DNA of 64,000 nt, taken from NCBI GenBank assembly GCA_021785355.1, contig JAJYFR010000004.1, positions 7,184 through 71,183 of the forward strand. Reading direction: 5' to 3'. The stretch comes from a bacterium. GTDB taxonomy: Bacteria > Patescibacteriota > Dojkabacteria > JAKAPS01 > JAJZLI01. A model generated the notes under the pieces. The model was not told the DNA's origin and did not search any database. It saw only the letters and a program-made list of their open reading frames with translations. Made by a program: the position numbers and the translations under genes. This document shows, one piece after another, positions 41,055 through 51,285 of the stretch; the stretch's first letter is position 1, and each line of letters begins with the position of its first letter.

Positions 41055-42485
41055 ATGGATATACAATTAATAAAGAAAACTTTAGAATTTTATAATCCTT
41101 GGTGGAAGAGTACTCAAAGTTTGAATGAAATTCCTGTTTTTAGAAGAGATATATATGAAAATATATTTGAAAGTGTAAATGATATAAGACAGATAGTATC
41201 TATTACAGGACCTAGAAGAGTAGGTAAAACTACTATATTAAGGCAATTAATATCAGATTTAATATTTGAAGAGAAAATAGATCCTTTGAAAATAATCTAT
41301 CTTTCTATGGATGATCCTTATATATATTCAAAATCATCAGATATGGAATTTTTTGATAATATTCTTTCTGTTTATGAAAAATTTATATTAAGAGGTGATT
41401 TAGAAAAAACAAAGGTTTATTTTTTTATAGATGAAGTTCATAAATTTAAGGAATGGGAGTTATTTTTAAAAAAATATTATGACAGAGGATATAATATAAA
41501 ATTTATAATATCTGGTTCTGTTTCTCATTCTATATTAGGGAAAAGTCAGGAATCTTTAGCTGGTAGAATTAAAAATTTTAAAGTATATACTTTTTCTTTT
41601 TATGAATATCTTTTTTATAAAATATCTTTTGATGACAAACTAGATCTACCTTTAAAGGAAAATCTTTTAAAATTTTTAAAAAATATACATTCATTAGGAA
41701 AAAATATCTTTCATAATACAAATTTATTTGTCAAAGAAATAGAACCTTATTTATTAGATTTTAAATTTTATGAAGAAGAGATAAGAAATTATTTTTATGA
41801 ATACCTAGTTATAGGAGGTTTTATTGAAAGTTGGTCTATATCTGGACAAGGAATGAGATATGAATATTTATATCAAACTCAAATCGAAAAAGTTTTACTT
41901 CAGGACATATATATACTTGAAGATATAAAAAATACTAAACTTTTAGCATCTCTATTTTTTAAATTCTCTGAAAATTTTGTATCAGAATTTAGTCTCAATT
42001 CCCTAGTAAAAGATTTAAATTTACATAGAGATACAACAGATAGGTATATTAATCTTCTGATAGATTCAAATTTAATATTTTCTCTTTCAAAATATGAAGA
42101 AAATCTAAATAAAAATTCTAATATAAAAGTTTTTTTATCAGATATAGGTATAAGAAATAGTATATTAAAGTTAAACGAAGAAGATATTATTGGAAATAAA
42201 AACTTATTTTTAAAATATATAGAGAACTTAGTTCTACTTTCTCTTGTAAGATATTCAGATTCTATAGATATTAATTATTACAGAGAAAGAGAAAAAGAAA
42301 TAAATTTTATATTAAAATATTCTTCTTTTAATGTAGCTCTAAGTATTGATGGGATAAAAATAAATAAAACCCTATTTAATAAATTTAAATTTGAATATAT
42401 TTTTAATATAACAATGGAGGATGATTTTTCTCTAGATTCAAATATAATTAATTTTCCTTTTATCTTATTCTTTATTCTTTTATAA
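41055..42485 (+). CDS. AAA+ ATPase (AAA_14 + DUF4143-like C-terminus)
   Basis: NPWW, GPRRVGKTT, FFIDEVH, ISGS, ESLAGR, YLVIGGF, KVFLSDIG. Confidence 0.85.
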   Translation: MDIQLIKKTLEFYNPWWKSTQSLNEIPVFRRDIYENIFESVNDIRQIVSITGPRRVGKTTILRQLISDLIFEEKIDPLKIIYLSMDDPYIYSKSSDMEFFDNILSVYEKFILRGDLEKTKVYFFIDEVHKFKEWELFLKKYYDRGYNIKFIISGSVSHSILGKSQESLAGRIKNFKVYTFSFYEYLFYKISFDDKLDLPLKENLLKFLKNIHSLGKNIFHNTNLFVKEIEPYLLDFKFYEEEIRNYFYEYLVIGGFIESWSISGQGMRYEYLYQTQIEKVLLQDIYILEDIKNTKLLASLFFKFSENFVSEFSLNSLVKDLNLHRDTTDRYINLLIDSNLIFSLSKYEENLNKNSNIKVFLSDIGIRNSILKLNEEDIIGNKNLFLKYIENLVLLSLVRYSDSIDINYYREREKEINFILKYSSFNVALSIDGIKINKTLFNKFKFEYIFNITMEDDFSLDSNIINFPFILFFILL

Positions 42486-44139
42486 CTCTTAATACTTCTT
42501 CAATAGAAGTTATACCTTCTATTGCTTTTGCCAGACCATCTTCAACCATTAAACTCATTCCTTTTTCTTGTGCCATTTTTTGTATTTCTTCTGAAGTAGC
42601 TTTATGTGTTATAAGAGATTTCATTTCGTCATCTACTTGTAGTATTTCATAAATACCTATTCTTCCTTTATATCCATTAGTACAGTATTCACAACCTACA
42701 GCTTGATAAAATTTAGTATTGGTTATTTTCTTATCGACACCTTTCTTTTTATATTGTTCTTCTAATATTTTTAATACTTTACTGTCCATGGAATATTCTT
42801 TTTTGCATGTATTACATAATTTTCTAACTAATCTTTGCGCAATTACAACATTAAGAGTAGATGCAACCAAAAATGATTCTATTTGCATATCTATTAATCT
42901 AGGGATTGCTCCTGATGCATCATTTGTATGGAGAGTAGATAAAACTAAATGTCCTGTCATAGCTGCATTTATAGATATATCTGCAGTTTCATTGTCTCTT
43001 ATTTCTCCTACCATTATAATATCAGGGTCTTGTCTTAAAAAAGATCTTAAACCACTTGCAAAAGTAAGCCCAATAGAAGTATTAACTTGTGTCTGATTTA
43101 CTCTAGGCATGCTGTACTCAATAGGATCCTCTATTGTATCAAGATTAACCTCTGGTGTATTTAACTGAGAGAGAATAGTATAGAGTGTTGTACTTTTTCC
43201 TGAACCTGTTGGTCCTGTTACAAGAATCATTCCCACAGTTCTTTTGATAGAATCTTTTATTATTTCTAAATCTCTTCCTCTAAATCCTAAAGCTTCAAGG
43301 TTATATGATTTTGCATTATCTTCTAATAATCTTGCTACTAAAACCTCTCCAAAATATACTGGCATTATTGATATTCTGAAAGAGATAAATTGATTATCTA
43401 TACTAATTTTAAATCTACCATCCTGAGGAAGTCTATGTTCATCTATTTTCAAATTAGAAAGTATTTTAATTCTGGCTATTACAGCTTTATGTATATCTAT
43501 AGAATAAGTAGCTTGGTCATGTAATATCCCATCAATTCTATATCGTATTATTGCTTTTTCTTCTAAAGGTTCTATATGAATATCTGAAGCTCCCATTGTT
43601 TTTGCATATTCCAGTATAGTATCTGTTATATTAATTATAGGGAGAGCTTCTGCATCTTCTCCTTTTAAACCTTTTGTTTCTTTTTCATTTTTTTCAATTA
43701 TATTTTTCAACTCTTCTTTTATTGAGGTCTTATACATCTTTAGTCCCTCAAAAAAAGACTTTTCTGTTATAAAATAAGGATCAATAATATATCCTGTTCC
43801 TTTCTTTATGAATTCTAAAGTGTTTATATCTCTAGGATTAGTCATTCCTATTTTTAGCTCAGAAGGAGTTTTTTCAAATGCAATTATCTTTTTTTCAATT
43901 GCAATTTTTTCAGGAATAATTTTTACAGTATCAGGATCAATACTTTTATGTATTAGTGATATATGAGGTATTGAAAATTCTTCTGTAACAAGTTCTCCTA
44001 ATTTATCTTCTGTTATTATGTTTCTACCTATAATAAGTTCTTCAATTGAACTTCCAATCTGTTTTGACTTATCTTCGAGCTTTTCATACTCTTCATTCGA
44101 GATATATTTATTTTTTATTAATAATTCTTTTAAATCCAT
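42472..44139 (-). CDS. pilB: Type IV pilus extension ATPase PilB/GspE
   Basis: ASDIHIEP, RLPQDGR, GPTGSGKSTTLY, TIEDPIEY, LRQDPD, TLHTND, CxxC..CxxC, GYKGRIG. Confidence 0.95.
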   Translation of the reverse strand: MDLKELLIKNKYISNEEYEKLEDKSKQIGSSIEELIIGRNIITEDKLGELVTEEFSIPHISLIHKSIDPDTVKIIPEKIAIEKKIIAFEKTPSELKIGMTNPRDINTLEFIKKGTGYIIDPYFITEKSFFEGLKMYKTSIKEELKNIIEKNEKETKGLKGEDAEALPIINITDTILEYAKTMGASDIHIEPLEEKAIIRYRIDGILHDQATYSIDIHKAVIARIKILSNLKIDEHRLPQDGRFKISIDNQFISFRISIMPVYFGEVLVARLLEDNAKSYNLEALGFRGRDLEIIKDSIKRTVGMILVTGPTGSGKSTTLYTILSQLNTPEVNLDTIEDPIEYSMPRVNQTQVNTSIGLTFASGLRSFLRQDPDIIMVGEIRDNETADISINAAMTGHLVLSTLHTNDASGAIPRLIDMQIESFLVASTLNVVIAQRLVRKLCNTCKKEYSMDSKVLKILEEQYKKKGVDKKITNTKFYQAVGCEYCTNGYKGRIGIYEILQVDDEMKSLITHKATSEEIQKMAQEKGMSLMVEDGLAKAIEGITSIEEVLRVIKE

Positions 44140-45536
44140 TATTCATTTGGAGGAACTATATATACTCCATTTATAATTGAAGCAAGAGTTTTAAATATTT
44201 GATTTTGTGCTTGACTTAAAGAAATATTTCCTTCTATAACAGAATTAAATACATTATCCACAAATTTATAATCTCCCATCTCCCAAGATTTTGAAGTTGG
44301 TGCCATTTGTACAAAGGGTTCCATATATTTATAATTTGTAGCCAAGTTTGCCATATCTGTTCTAGGAAAAACTTCTCCTAAAACTTCTTTATTTTTAATT
44401 TCATTATTATAAAGAGTAGTAAGAGTGCTTTGAGAATCTAAATAATTTAGAAAATTCCAAGCTACCTGAGGGTATTGAGAATACTTTACAACTGCCTTTG
44501 CAAAATATAAAGATAAATTAACATTTTGTCCAGGTATTTGAGGTGGTGCCATTACTCCTATATTTATATTAGGATTTAGTATAAATATATTTTGAATTTC
44601 CCAAGAAGGTTCTAATATCATAGCAACACTTCCCCCCGCAAATGCAGATACAGAGTTAGGGAAAGTAGCACTCCAACCATCTGTTTGAGCTATTTGGTAA
44701 TAAAGATTTAAAGCTTCTTGTGCTTGTGGTCCATTTGCAAAAGTAACTTGGTTTCCGCCTATCATTTGAGTGTTATTGATAAACATAAGATAAGTCAATA
44801 TATTATATGCATTATTTATATTTCCAGTGCTCTTACCTATATCTATAGCTGCTTGTGTTACATTTCCATTACTATCTTTAACAACTAATTTAGGTATTTG
44901 ACTAACGAAAGTATTTATATTTGAAGATGGTGCACTTAAACCTGCTTTTGCAAATTCTGTTTTATTATAAATTAAACTTAATCCATCATAATTTGAAGGA
45001 AGTGCATAAATATTCCCATTTGAAGTTAAATCTTGGAAAGCAGTAGGGTAGAAAATGCTTTTGAAAGTATTTATATTTATAATATTTGAAGGTGCAGGAT
45101 ATAGGTATTTTTGAAAAATAGGAAGATATGTATTTCCTATAGTTACAATATCAGGAGTATTTCCTCCTTTTTGTAATGTTTGAAATAAAGTGCTTTCATA
45201 ATTTTTAGAAGGGACCTGAATATAATTTATTTTTACTCCAGGATGACTTTTTTCGTATTGATTTATAACAGAGGAATATACGCTTTGAGGTTGTCTTATT
45301 CCCCACATAGTTAATACTATTTCTTTAGGTTTTTTATTAAAAGTAGCTGTTATTAGATATACTAGTGCTCCTCCTAATATAAGGACTCCAGCAAAAACAG
45401 CAATAGATATAATAATAAGTCTTTTTCTTTTTTCTTTAATTTTTTGAATTTCTAAAAAAGAATTTTCAGGTACGCCTTGGGGTAAAGTTTCTTGAGAAGG
45501 TGTAGGTGTTGTGGTTGCTTCATATTTATCTTGCAT
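44139..45536 (-). CDS. Membrane-anchored extracellular solute-binding protein (sugar ABC type)
   Basis: N-terminal TM, YEKSHPGVKI, TPDI, YALP...LIYNK, FAGGSVAM, AWNFL. Confidence 0.85.
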   Translation of the reverse strand: MQDKYEATTTPTPSQETLPQGVPENSFLEIQKIKEKRKRLIIISIAVFAGVLILGGALVYLITATFNKKPKEIVLTMWGIRQPQSVYSSVINQYEKSHPGVKINYIQVPSKNYESTLFQTLQKGGNTPDIVTIGNTYLPIFQKYLYPAPSNIININTFKSIFYPTAFQDLTSNGNIYALPSNYDGLSLIYNKTEFAKAGLSAPSSNINTFVSQIPKLVVKDSNGNVTQAAIDIGKSTGNINNAYNILTYLMFINNTQMIGGNQVTFANGPQAQEALNLYYQIAQTDGWSATFPNSVSAFAGGSVAMILEPSWEIQNIFILNPNINIGVMAPPQIPGQNVNLSLYFAKAVVKYSQYPQVAWNFLNYLDSQSTLTTLYNNEIKNKEVLGEVFPRTDMANLATNYKYMEPFVQMAPTSKSWEMGDYKFVDNVFNSVIEGNISLSQAQNQIFKTLASIINGVYIVPPNE

Positions 45537-45543
45537 TATTTTA

Positions 45544-46404
45544 TTATATACTATTCATATATTCCTTCAATTCTCTCCATAAAACAGGGTCATCTTTAGC
45601 ATATTCAATAGTAGTTTTTAAAAAATTTAAAGGATCACCTGTTGTTAACCATTTACCTTCTATTTTTGTTGCAAGAACAGAACCTTGTTTTGTGAACTTT
45701 GAAATAGCATCAATTAGCCATAATTCATTATTTTTTCCCAATACTTTTTTGTCTAATTCCTCTACTACATCTCTGTTTAATATATATCTTCCAAAAGAGA
45801 CATGGCTTGACATAATATTTTCAATACTAGGTTTTTCTATTATTTGATCTACAGTAATACCATCTTCTTTGAATTTTATATTACTATATTTTACAATTTC
45901 TTCTTTTGGTAATTCTTGAGTAGCTAATATTATTTTTTTAGGGTGTTTATAACTAAATTCTATTAATTGTTTTGTTGCAGGAACTGTAGCTTTCACAATA
46001 TCATCTCCAAACATATATATAAAATTTTCCTCATCTTTAATTAAATTTTTTGCAACTAAAAGAGGTGTACCATTTCCATAAGGAAGATGTTTCTTTTGTC
46101 TAACATATATATAATTAGCTTTCTTAGGTAAATCTTTTAATTCTTTGAGTAGTTCTAATTTTCCACTTTCTTCTAAATGAAATTCTAAATCTATATTATT
46201 ATCAAAATGGCTTTCTAGAGTATATTGACCTCTTGTTACCATTATTATGTCTTTAATTCCAGAGTCAATAAGTTCCTCCACTAGGTATTGGATAATAGGT
46301 TTGTTTATAATAGGAAGCATTTCCTTTGGTTGTACTTTTGTTGCAGGTAAAAACCTCGTTCCATAGCCAGCTAGGGCTATTACAGCTTTAGTTATTTTAT
46401 TCAT
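45544..46404 (-). CDS. galU: UTP-glucose-1-phosphate uridylyltransferase
   Basis: KAVIALAGYGTRFLPATKVQPKEMLP, RQK..YGNG, FGDD, ELWLIDA. Confidence 0.93.
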   Translation of the reverse strand: MNKITKAVIALAGYGTRFLPATKVQPKEMLPIINKPIIQYLVEELIDSGIKDIIMVTRGQYTLESHFDNNIDLEFHLEESGKLELLKELKDLPKKANYIYVRQKKHLPYGNGTPLLVAKNLIKDEENFIYMFGDDIVKATVPATKQLIEFSYKHPKKIILATQELPKEEIVKYSNIKFKEDGITVDQIIEKPSIENIMSSHVSFGRYILNRDVVEELDKKVLGKNNELWLIDAISKFTKQGSVLATKIEGKWLTTGDPLNFLKTTIEYAKDDPVLWRELKEYMNSI

Positions 46405-46501
46405 ATATAAATTTATTATATTATAAAATAAAAAAAATACAATATTTTTTTCTTCTAAATATCTTTAAATATGGTGTCTATTGTGATATTGTATATTCTA
46501 T

Positions 46502-48439
46502 ATGGAAGGTCAAAATAACGAGCATGCAATACCTCAAAATATAATGAGCGTGGAGTTCAAGTTAATAGGGGATCTAACGATTAAACAGTTTGTTTTTGTT
46601 GCTATACCTTTACTACTTGGATTTCTGATGTTCGTTTTTAAAGTTAATAATTATATAACTTTAGTATTCACGGGTATCTTTTTATTAGCAGCTTTATTTA
46701 TAGATTTTATTCCTCTTGATGATAGACCTCTAGATGAGTGGATAATAAATTTTATAATTGCAGTGAAAAATCCTACACAAAGAATATGGGGAAAGAAACC
46801 TTCGTACCCCAATATTTTAAGAATTCCTAAAGCTATAATGCCAAAAGTTAAGAAAAATGAGGATGTAGCTACATTTCTCTATCAATCTCCTTTAGATACA
46901 AGTATACAAAGTTCGAGTGGTAATAGTGCTACAAAAATTTTAGATGATAAAGAAAAAAATTTTATGTCAAATATAGATAATATAAATGATTCTTTAGGAG
47001 ATAATGTCTCAATAAATGCAGGAGGAAGGCCTGTTATTTCTCCTGCTTTTAATATTCCTACAAGTAATAATTTTCAAAATAATCCTACAAAAGAAGATGT
47101 ATCAAGTAATACAAATCCTACAGAGAATGTACCTTTTACAACAGGAGATAATAGTAAGAATAAAGATGATAATTTACTTTCATCTAGAATAGGCAATGAA
47201 GATCCTAAAAATTTTTATAAACCTGAAAAGCTATATACTGAAGAAAGGGAAGAAGATTCTTCTGATGTAAAGAAAACAATACCATCAGTTGATGCCTCAA
47301 GTATGAACGCCAATCCTTTTTTTTCTCAAGATAATCCTTTTGGTCTTATTAATACAGGAAACCACGTTAACCCTGTACCTCAGCAAAGTAATGAAAGTTT
47401 CTCTACTGTACCTTCCACACCTGAGATTAAAGATGAAAATCCTAATTTAGATAAGGCAGATAAAATTGAGGATACTTCTTTTAGAGAAGGAGGTGTAAAT
47501 ATATTAGATCTATCTTCTCAAATGGATAGTGTTGAGGGTATTACAATTCCATCTGTTAATGAAAGTATTTCGAATCCATATGACAATGCTACTGTGGCAA
47601 CTCCTATTGATATTACAAAAGATTCTCCACCACAAGAAGAGACAGTGGAGCCTCAAATCTCAAATGTGTCTGAGAATGACAATATAGCTCCAACCCAAAT
47701 AGATAATGCACCTGTTGATGAAAGTATTAATCCATATGACAATGCTACTGTGGCAACTCCTATTGATATTGCAAAAGATACTCCACCACAAGAAGAGATA
47801 GTTGAACCTCAAATCTCAAATGTATCTGAGAATGATAATATAGCTCAGACCCAAATAGATAATGTACCTGTTGATGAAAGTATTAATCCATATGACAATG
47901 CTACTGTGGCAACTCCTATTGATATTGCAAAAGATACCTCACCACAAGAAGAGACAGTTGAACCTCAAATCTCAAATGTTATAAATAAGAGTCCAGAGAG
48001 TAATAACGAAATGAACGAAATGTTGGAAAGGTTGAAAAAGTTAGAGGAAGAAAATTCATCCTTAAAAAAGGCATTAGAAACAACATCAAGTACTCCTTCT
48101 CCTCAAAATACTAATTCTTCAATAAATAGCAATTTTGATATAAATGATTTTAAAAAATATCTTCCTGAATTTGTAAATAACCCTAATGTTATAGCAGGAG
48201 TATTAGTAGATAGCCAAGGAAATATCATTCAAGATGCAGTTATAATAATAAAAGATTCTTCTCAAAAACCTATTAGAGCTATAAAAAGTAATCAACTTGG
48301 ACAATTTTTTATTAGAACTCCATTACCTGATGGAAATTATACACTTGAAGTTACACATCCAAAGTTTGCATTTGAAAGTACTGGGGTGGACTTGACGGGT
48401 GTGATAAAAGAACCTATATTAATATATTCTAAGACTTAA
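46502..48439 (+). CDS. PrgI/VirB3-like N-terminus + acidic repeat linker + carboxypeptidase-regulatory-like (transthyretin-like) C-terminal domain
   Basis: HAIPQNIMSVEFKLIGDLTIKQF + 2 TM + DRPLDEWI...PTQRIW; C-terminal IAGVLVDSQG...RAIKSNQLGQF..PLPDGNYTL. Confidence 0.8.
   Translation: MEGQNNEHAIPQNIMSVEFKLIGDLTIKQFVFVAIPLLLGFLMFVFKVNNYITLVFTGIFLLAALFIDFIPLDDRPLDEWIINFIIAVKNPTQRIWGKKPSYPNILRIPKAIMPKVKKNEDVATFLYQSPLDTSIQSSSGNSATKILDDKEKNFMSNIDNINDSLGDNVSINAGGRPVISPAFNIPTSNNFQNNPTKEDVSSNTNPTENVPFTTGDNSKNKDDNLLSSRIGNEDPKNFYKPEKLYTEEREEDSSDVKKTIPSVDASSMNANPFFSQDNPFGLINTGNHVNPVPQQSNESFSTVPSTPEIKDENPNLDKADKIEDTSFREGGVNILDLSSQMDSVEGITIPSVNESISNPYDNATVATPIDITKDSPPQEETVEPQISNVSENDNIAPTQIDNAPVDESINPYDNATVATPIDIAKDTPPQEEIVEPQISNVSENDNIAQTQIDNVPVDESINPYDNATVATPIDIAKDTSPQEETVEPQISNVINKSPESNNEMNEMLERLKKLEEENSSLKKALETTSSTPSPQNTNSSINSNFDINDFKKYLPEFVNNPNVIAGVLVDSQGNIIQDAVIIIKDSSQKPIRAIKSNQLGQFFIRTPLPDGNYTLEVTHPKFAFESTGVDLTGVIKEPILIYSKT
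47553..47979 (+). repeat. In-frame 156-bp (52-aa) tandem repeat, ~2.7 copies
   Basis: AATCCATATGACAATGCTACTGTGGCAACTCCTATTGATATT recurs at 47573, 47729 and 47885 (period 156). Confidence 0.95.
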
Positions 48440-48442
48440 AAT

Positions 48443-49111
48443 ATGCAAAAAAATACACGTATTGTAGCTACAACTCAAGATCATCTAAGTATAGAAGATA
48501 TAAAGGATAATTTTGTTGTACTTAAAAATGGAAATGTATCTGTTGTTATAGAAACTTCTGCTGTAAATTTCTATCTTCTCTCAGAGGTTGAACAGAGTTC
48601 TAAGATATATGCTTTTGCTGGGTTGCTTAACTCTTTAGGTTTTTATATACAGGTTATGATTCACACAGAAAATGTTGATATATCTGCATATCTTAAACAT
48701 ATAGATGAATATAAAGTAAAAGAAAAGGATCCTAAAATTAAATATCAGATAGATATATATAGAAAATTTGTAAAAGACCTTATTGTTAAGAATAATGTTT
48801 TAGATAAACATTTTTATATAGTTATACCTTATATGACTCAAATGCCTAAAAAACCTGGTTTTATAGATAAATTTATGAAAAAAGATTCAGCACCATCTTT
48901 TGATGTAGATCAATTAATACTTCAAGCTTCATCGAGACTTTTGCCAAGGAGAGATCATGTAATAAGGCAACTTTCAAGGATGGGATTAAAATCAAAGCAG
49001 TTAGATAGTTCAGATTTGATAAAACTTTTTTATAATATCTATAATCCTGCAAATTCTAAAATAAGAAGAAATTTCGATGAATATACTTCTCCAATAGTTA
49101 GTTCTCAATAA
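48443..49111 (+). CDS. VirB4-associated protein (TraC/TrsD-like N-terminal module)
   Basis: TQDHLSIEDIKDNFVVLKNG, SAVNFYLLSEVEQ, FAGLLNSL, HFYIVIP; between PrgI and VirB4. Confidence 0.7.
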   Translation: MQKNTRIVATTQDHLSIEDIKDNFVVLKNGNVSVVIETSAVNFYLLSEVEQSSKIYAFAGLLNSLGFYIQVMIHTENVDISAYLKHIDEYKVKEKDPKIKYQIDIYRKFVKDLIVKNNVLDKHFYIVIPYMTQMPKKPGFIDKFMKKDSAPSFDVDQLILQASSRLLPRRDHVIRQLSRMGLKSKQLDSSDLIKLFYNIYNPANSKIRRNFDEYTSPIVSSQ

Positions 49112-49113
49112 TA

Positions 49114-51126
49114 ATGAAAATACCACAAATACTTATAAAAAAAGAAGAGAAAACAAATGAAGTACAACAGCCTATACAGGAAGTTTCTCCTAATAGTAAT
49201 ATAGATCCTACTTCTTTGTTTGGAATGGGCATGAATAGTATTAAGGATATAATAGCACCTTCTTCTCTAGAGGTGGATTTTTCTTATGTTAAGATAGGAG
49301 ATAAATATTATAAAACATATTTTGTATTAGCTTATCCTAGGTATGTTGTTCCTAATTGGCTTTCTCCATTAATAACATTTGAACATTCTATTGATATAAG
49401 TATGTTCTATTATCCTATTAGTGCAGCAGCAGTACTTTCTCAATTAAGAAAGAAAATTGCGGAAATGGAAGCAAGTACAAATAATTTGATTGAATCTGGA
49501 AAAGTAATGGATCCTAATTTAAAAGTTGCGCTTTCAGATGCAAAAGAATTACAAGAAAACTTAGCAAAGGGTTCAGAGAGATATTTTCATTTTGCCTTAT
49601 ATGTCACAGTTAGAGCAGATACAGAGGAAGAATTATCTGATATATCAAAGAATCTTGAATCTACTATGGGGGCAATGTCTTTAATAATCAAACCTACTAC
49701 TCTCCAGATGGAGGAAGGTTTTCTTTCAACATTACCAACTTCTAGCGATAACCTATATTATACTCATAATATGGATACAACTTCTATTGCGACTACATTT
49801 CCTTTTGTATCCTCGGAGTTAACTTCAGATAACGGTGTTTTATATGGGATAAATAAAGCAAATAAGAGTCTTGTTGTATTTGATAGATTTGAATTAGAAA
49901 ATGCAAATTCTGTAATTTTTGCAAAATCTGGAGCAGGAAAAAGTTACTTAGTAAAATTAGAAGCTCTTCGTTCATTAATGTTAGGAACACAAATAATAAT
50001 AATAGATCCAGAGAGTGAATATTTTACTTTATGTAAAGCTTTAAATGGGGCTTATGTTACATTTTCTCAAGATGGTAATTCAAAGATAAATCCATTTGAT
50101 CTTTCTGGTATTTATGAAGAGGGGGAGGATGAATTAAGGTTTAAAATACTTTCTTTACACGGATTGTTTAAGGTTATGTTAGGGGATGAAGGTGGTATTA
50201 GTAGTATGGAAAATGCAATTTTAGATAAGGCTTTAATTTTAACATATAGAGATAAAGGGATAACTTTTGATCCAGAAACTCAAGTGAAAGCGCCTCCTTT
50301 AATGGAAGATTTATATAAAATATTACTTTCTATGGAAGAGGCTGAAGCTCATTCTCTTGCTCAAAGATTAGAAAAATATGTAAAAGGGTCTGCTTCTGGA
50401 ATTTTTGATCAACAAACTAATATAGATCTAAATAATAATTTCATGGTCTTTTCCATAAAAGATTTATCAGATGAATTAAGACCTGTAGCTATGTTTTTAA
50501 TGTTAGATTTCATATGGACAAGAGTAAAAAGAGATTTAAGAAAAAGAATTTTTATAATAGATGAAGCTTGGATGTTAATGAAATATCCTGACTCTGCACA
50601 ATTTGTATATGCTGTAGCAAAGAGAGCTAGAAAATATTATCTAGGGCTTACTACAGTGTCTCAAGATGTTGATGATTTTATCTCAAATGAATATGGTAAA
50701 GCTGTTGTAACAAATTCTTCAATTCAAATTCTTTTAAGGCAGTCTCCTACGGCAATAGATCATTTATCTGAAGTATTTTATCTTTCTGCTGGAGAAAAAA
50801 ATCTTCTTTTGAGTGCAGATGTTGGGGAAGGAATCTTTTTTGTTGGAACAAATCATGTTGCAATACAGATACTTTCAAGTGAGTATGAAAATAGACTTAT
50901 AACAACAAATCCTGAAGAAATTTTAAAAATGCAGCAAGATGCATCTTCTTTAGGAAGGATAGTTCCTAATAATTTTGTAAATTCAAATTTTGATAGTAAC
51001 GATAATACTAAATTATTTCAAAGTGATATGATAAATATGAATAAGGAAGAGACAGGAGAAGTTTCTAAAGATGAAGAAGATTCAACCTTATCTCAAAATT
51101 CTAGTACAGAAGGAATAGTTAATTAA
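49114..51126 (+). CDS. virB4: VirB4/TraE-family T4SS ATPase (copy 1)
   Basis: ENANSVIFAKSGAGKS, IIDPESEY, INPFD, IIDEAW, KRARKY, SQDVDDF. Confidence 0.88.
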   Translation: MKIPQILIKKEEKTNEVQQPIQEVSPNSNIDPTSLFGMGMNSIKDIIAPSSLEVDFSYVKIGDKYYKTYFVLAYPRYVVPNWLSPLITFEHSIDISMFYYPISAAAVLSQLRKKIAEMEASTNNLIESGKVMDPNLKVALSDAKELQENLAKGSERYFHFALYVTVRADTEEELSDISKNLESTMGAMSLIIKPTTLQMEEGFLSTLPTSSDNLYYTHNMDTTSIATTFPFVSSELTSDNGVLYGINKANKSLVVFDRFELENANSVIFAKSGAGKSYLVKLEALRSLMLGTQIIIIDPESEYFTLCKALNGAYVTFSQDGNSKINPFDLSGIYEEGEDELRFKILSLHGLFKVMLGDEGGISSMENAILDKALILTYRDKGITFDPETQVKAPPLMEDLYKILLSMEEAEAHSLAQRLEKYVKGSASGIFDQQTNIDLNNNFMVFSIKDLSDELRPVAMFLMLDFIWTRVKRDLRKRIFIIDEAWMLMKYPDSAQFVYAVAKRARKYYLGLTTVSQDVDDFISNEYGKAVVTNSSIQILLRQSPTAIDHLSEVFYLSAGEKNLLLSADVGEGIFFVGTNHVAIQILSSEYENRLITTNPEEILKMQQDASSLGRIVPNNFVNSNFDSNDNTKLFQSDMINMNKEETGEVSKDEEDSTLSQNSSTEGIVN

Positions 51127-51256
51127 AAATAAAAAATCCATCAAGATGCAATCACTTATAGGCCTTCTTTTATTAATATTAAATTTCAATATATATGTAA
51201 TTTATATATAGAAATATAGCCTTAAATTGATATTTTTCCACGTATAATATGGCGTA

Positions 51257-51285
51257 TTGACAAAAATTATAGGCCATAATATAAT
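51257..51285 (+). promoter_or_regulatory. Consensus sigma70 promoter
   Basis: TTGACA (51257-51262)-N17-TATAAT (51280-51285). Confidence 0.8.

Noticed and set aside
47553-47979. Repeat considered as a CRISPR array or DGR template/variable repeat
   Set aside because: Contiguous in-frame 156-bp units without unique spacers; no cas or reverse-transcriptase gene in the window
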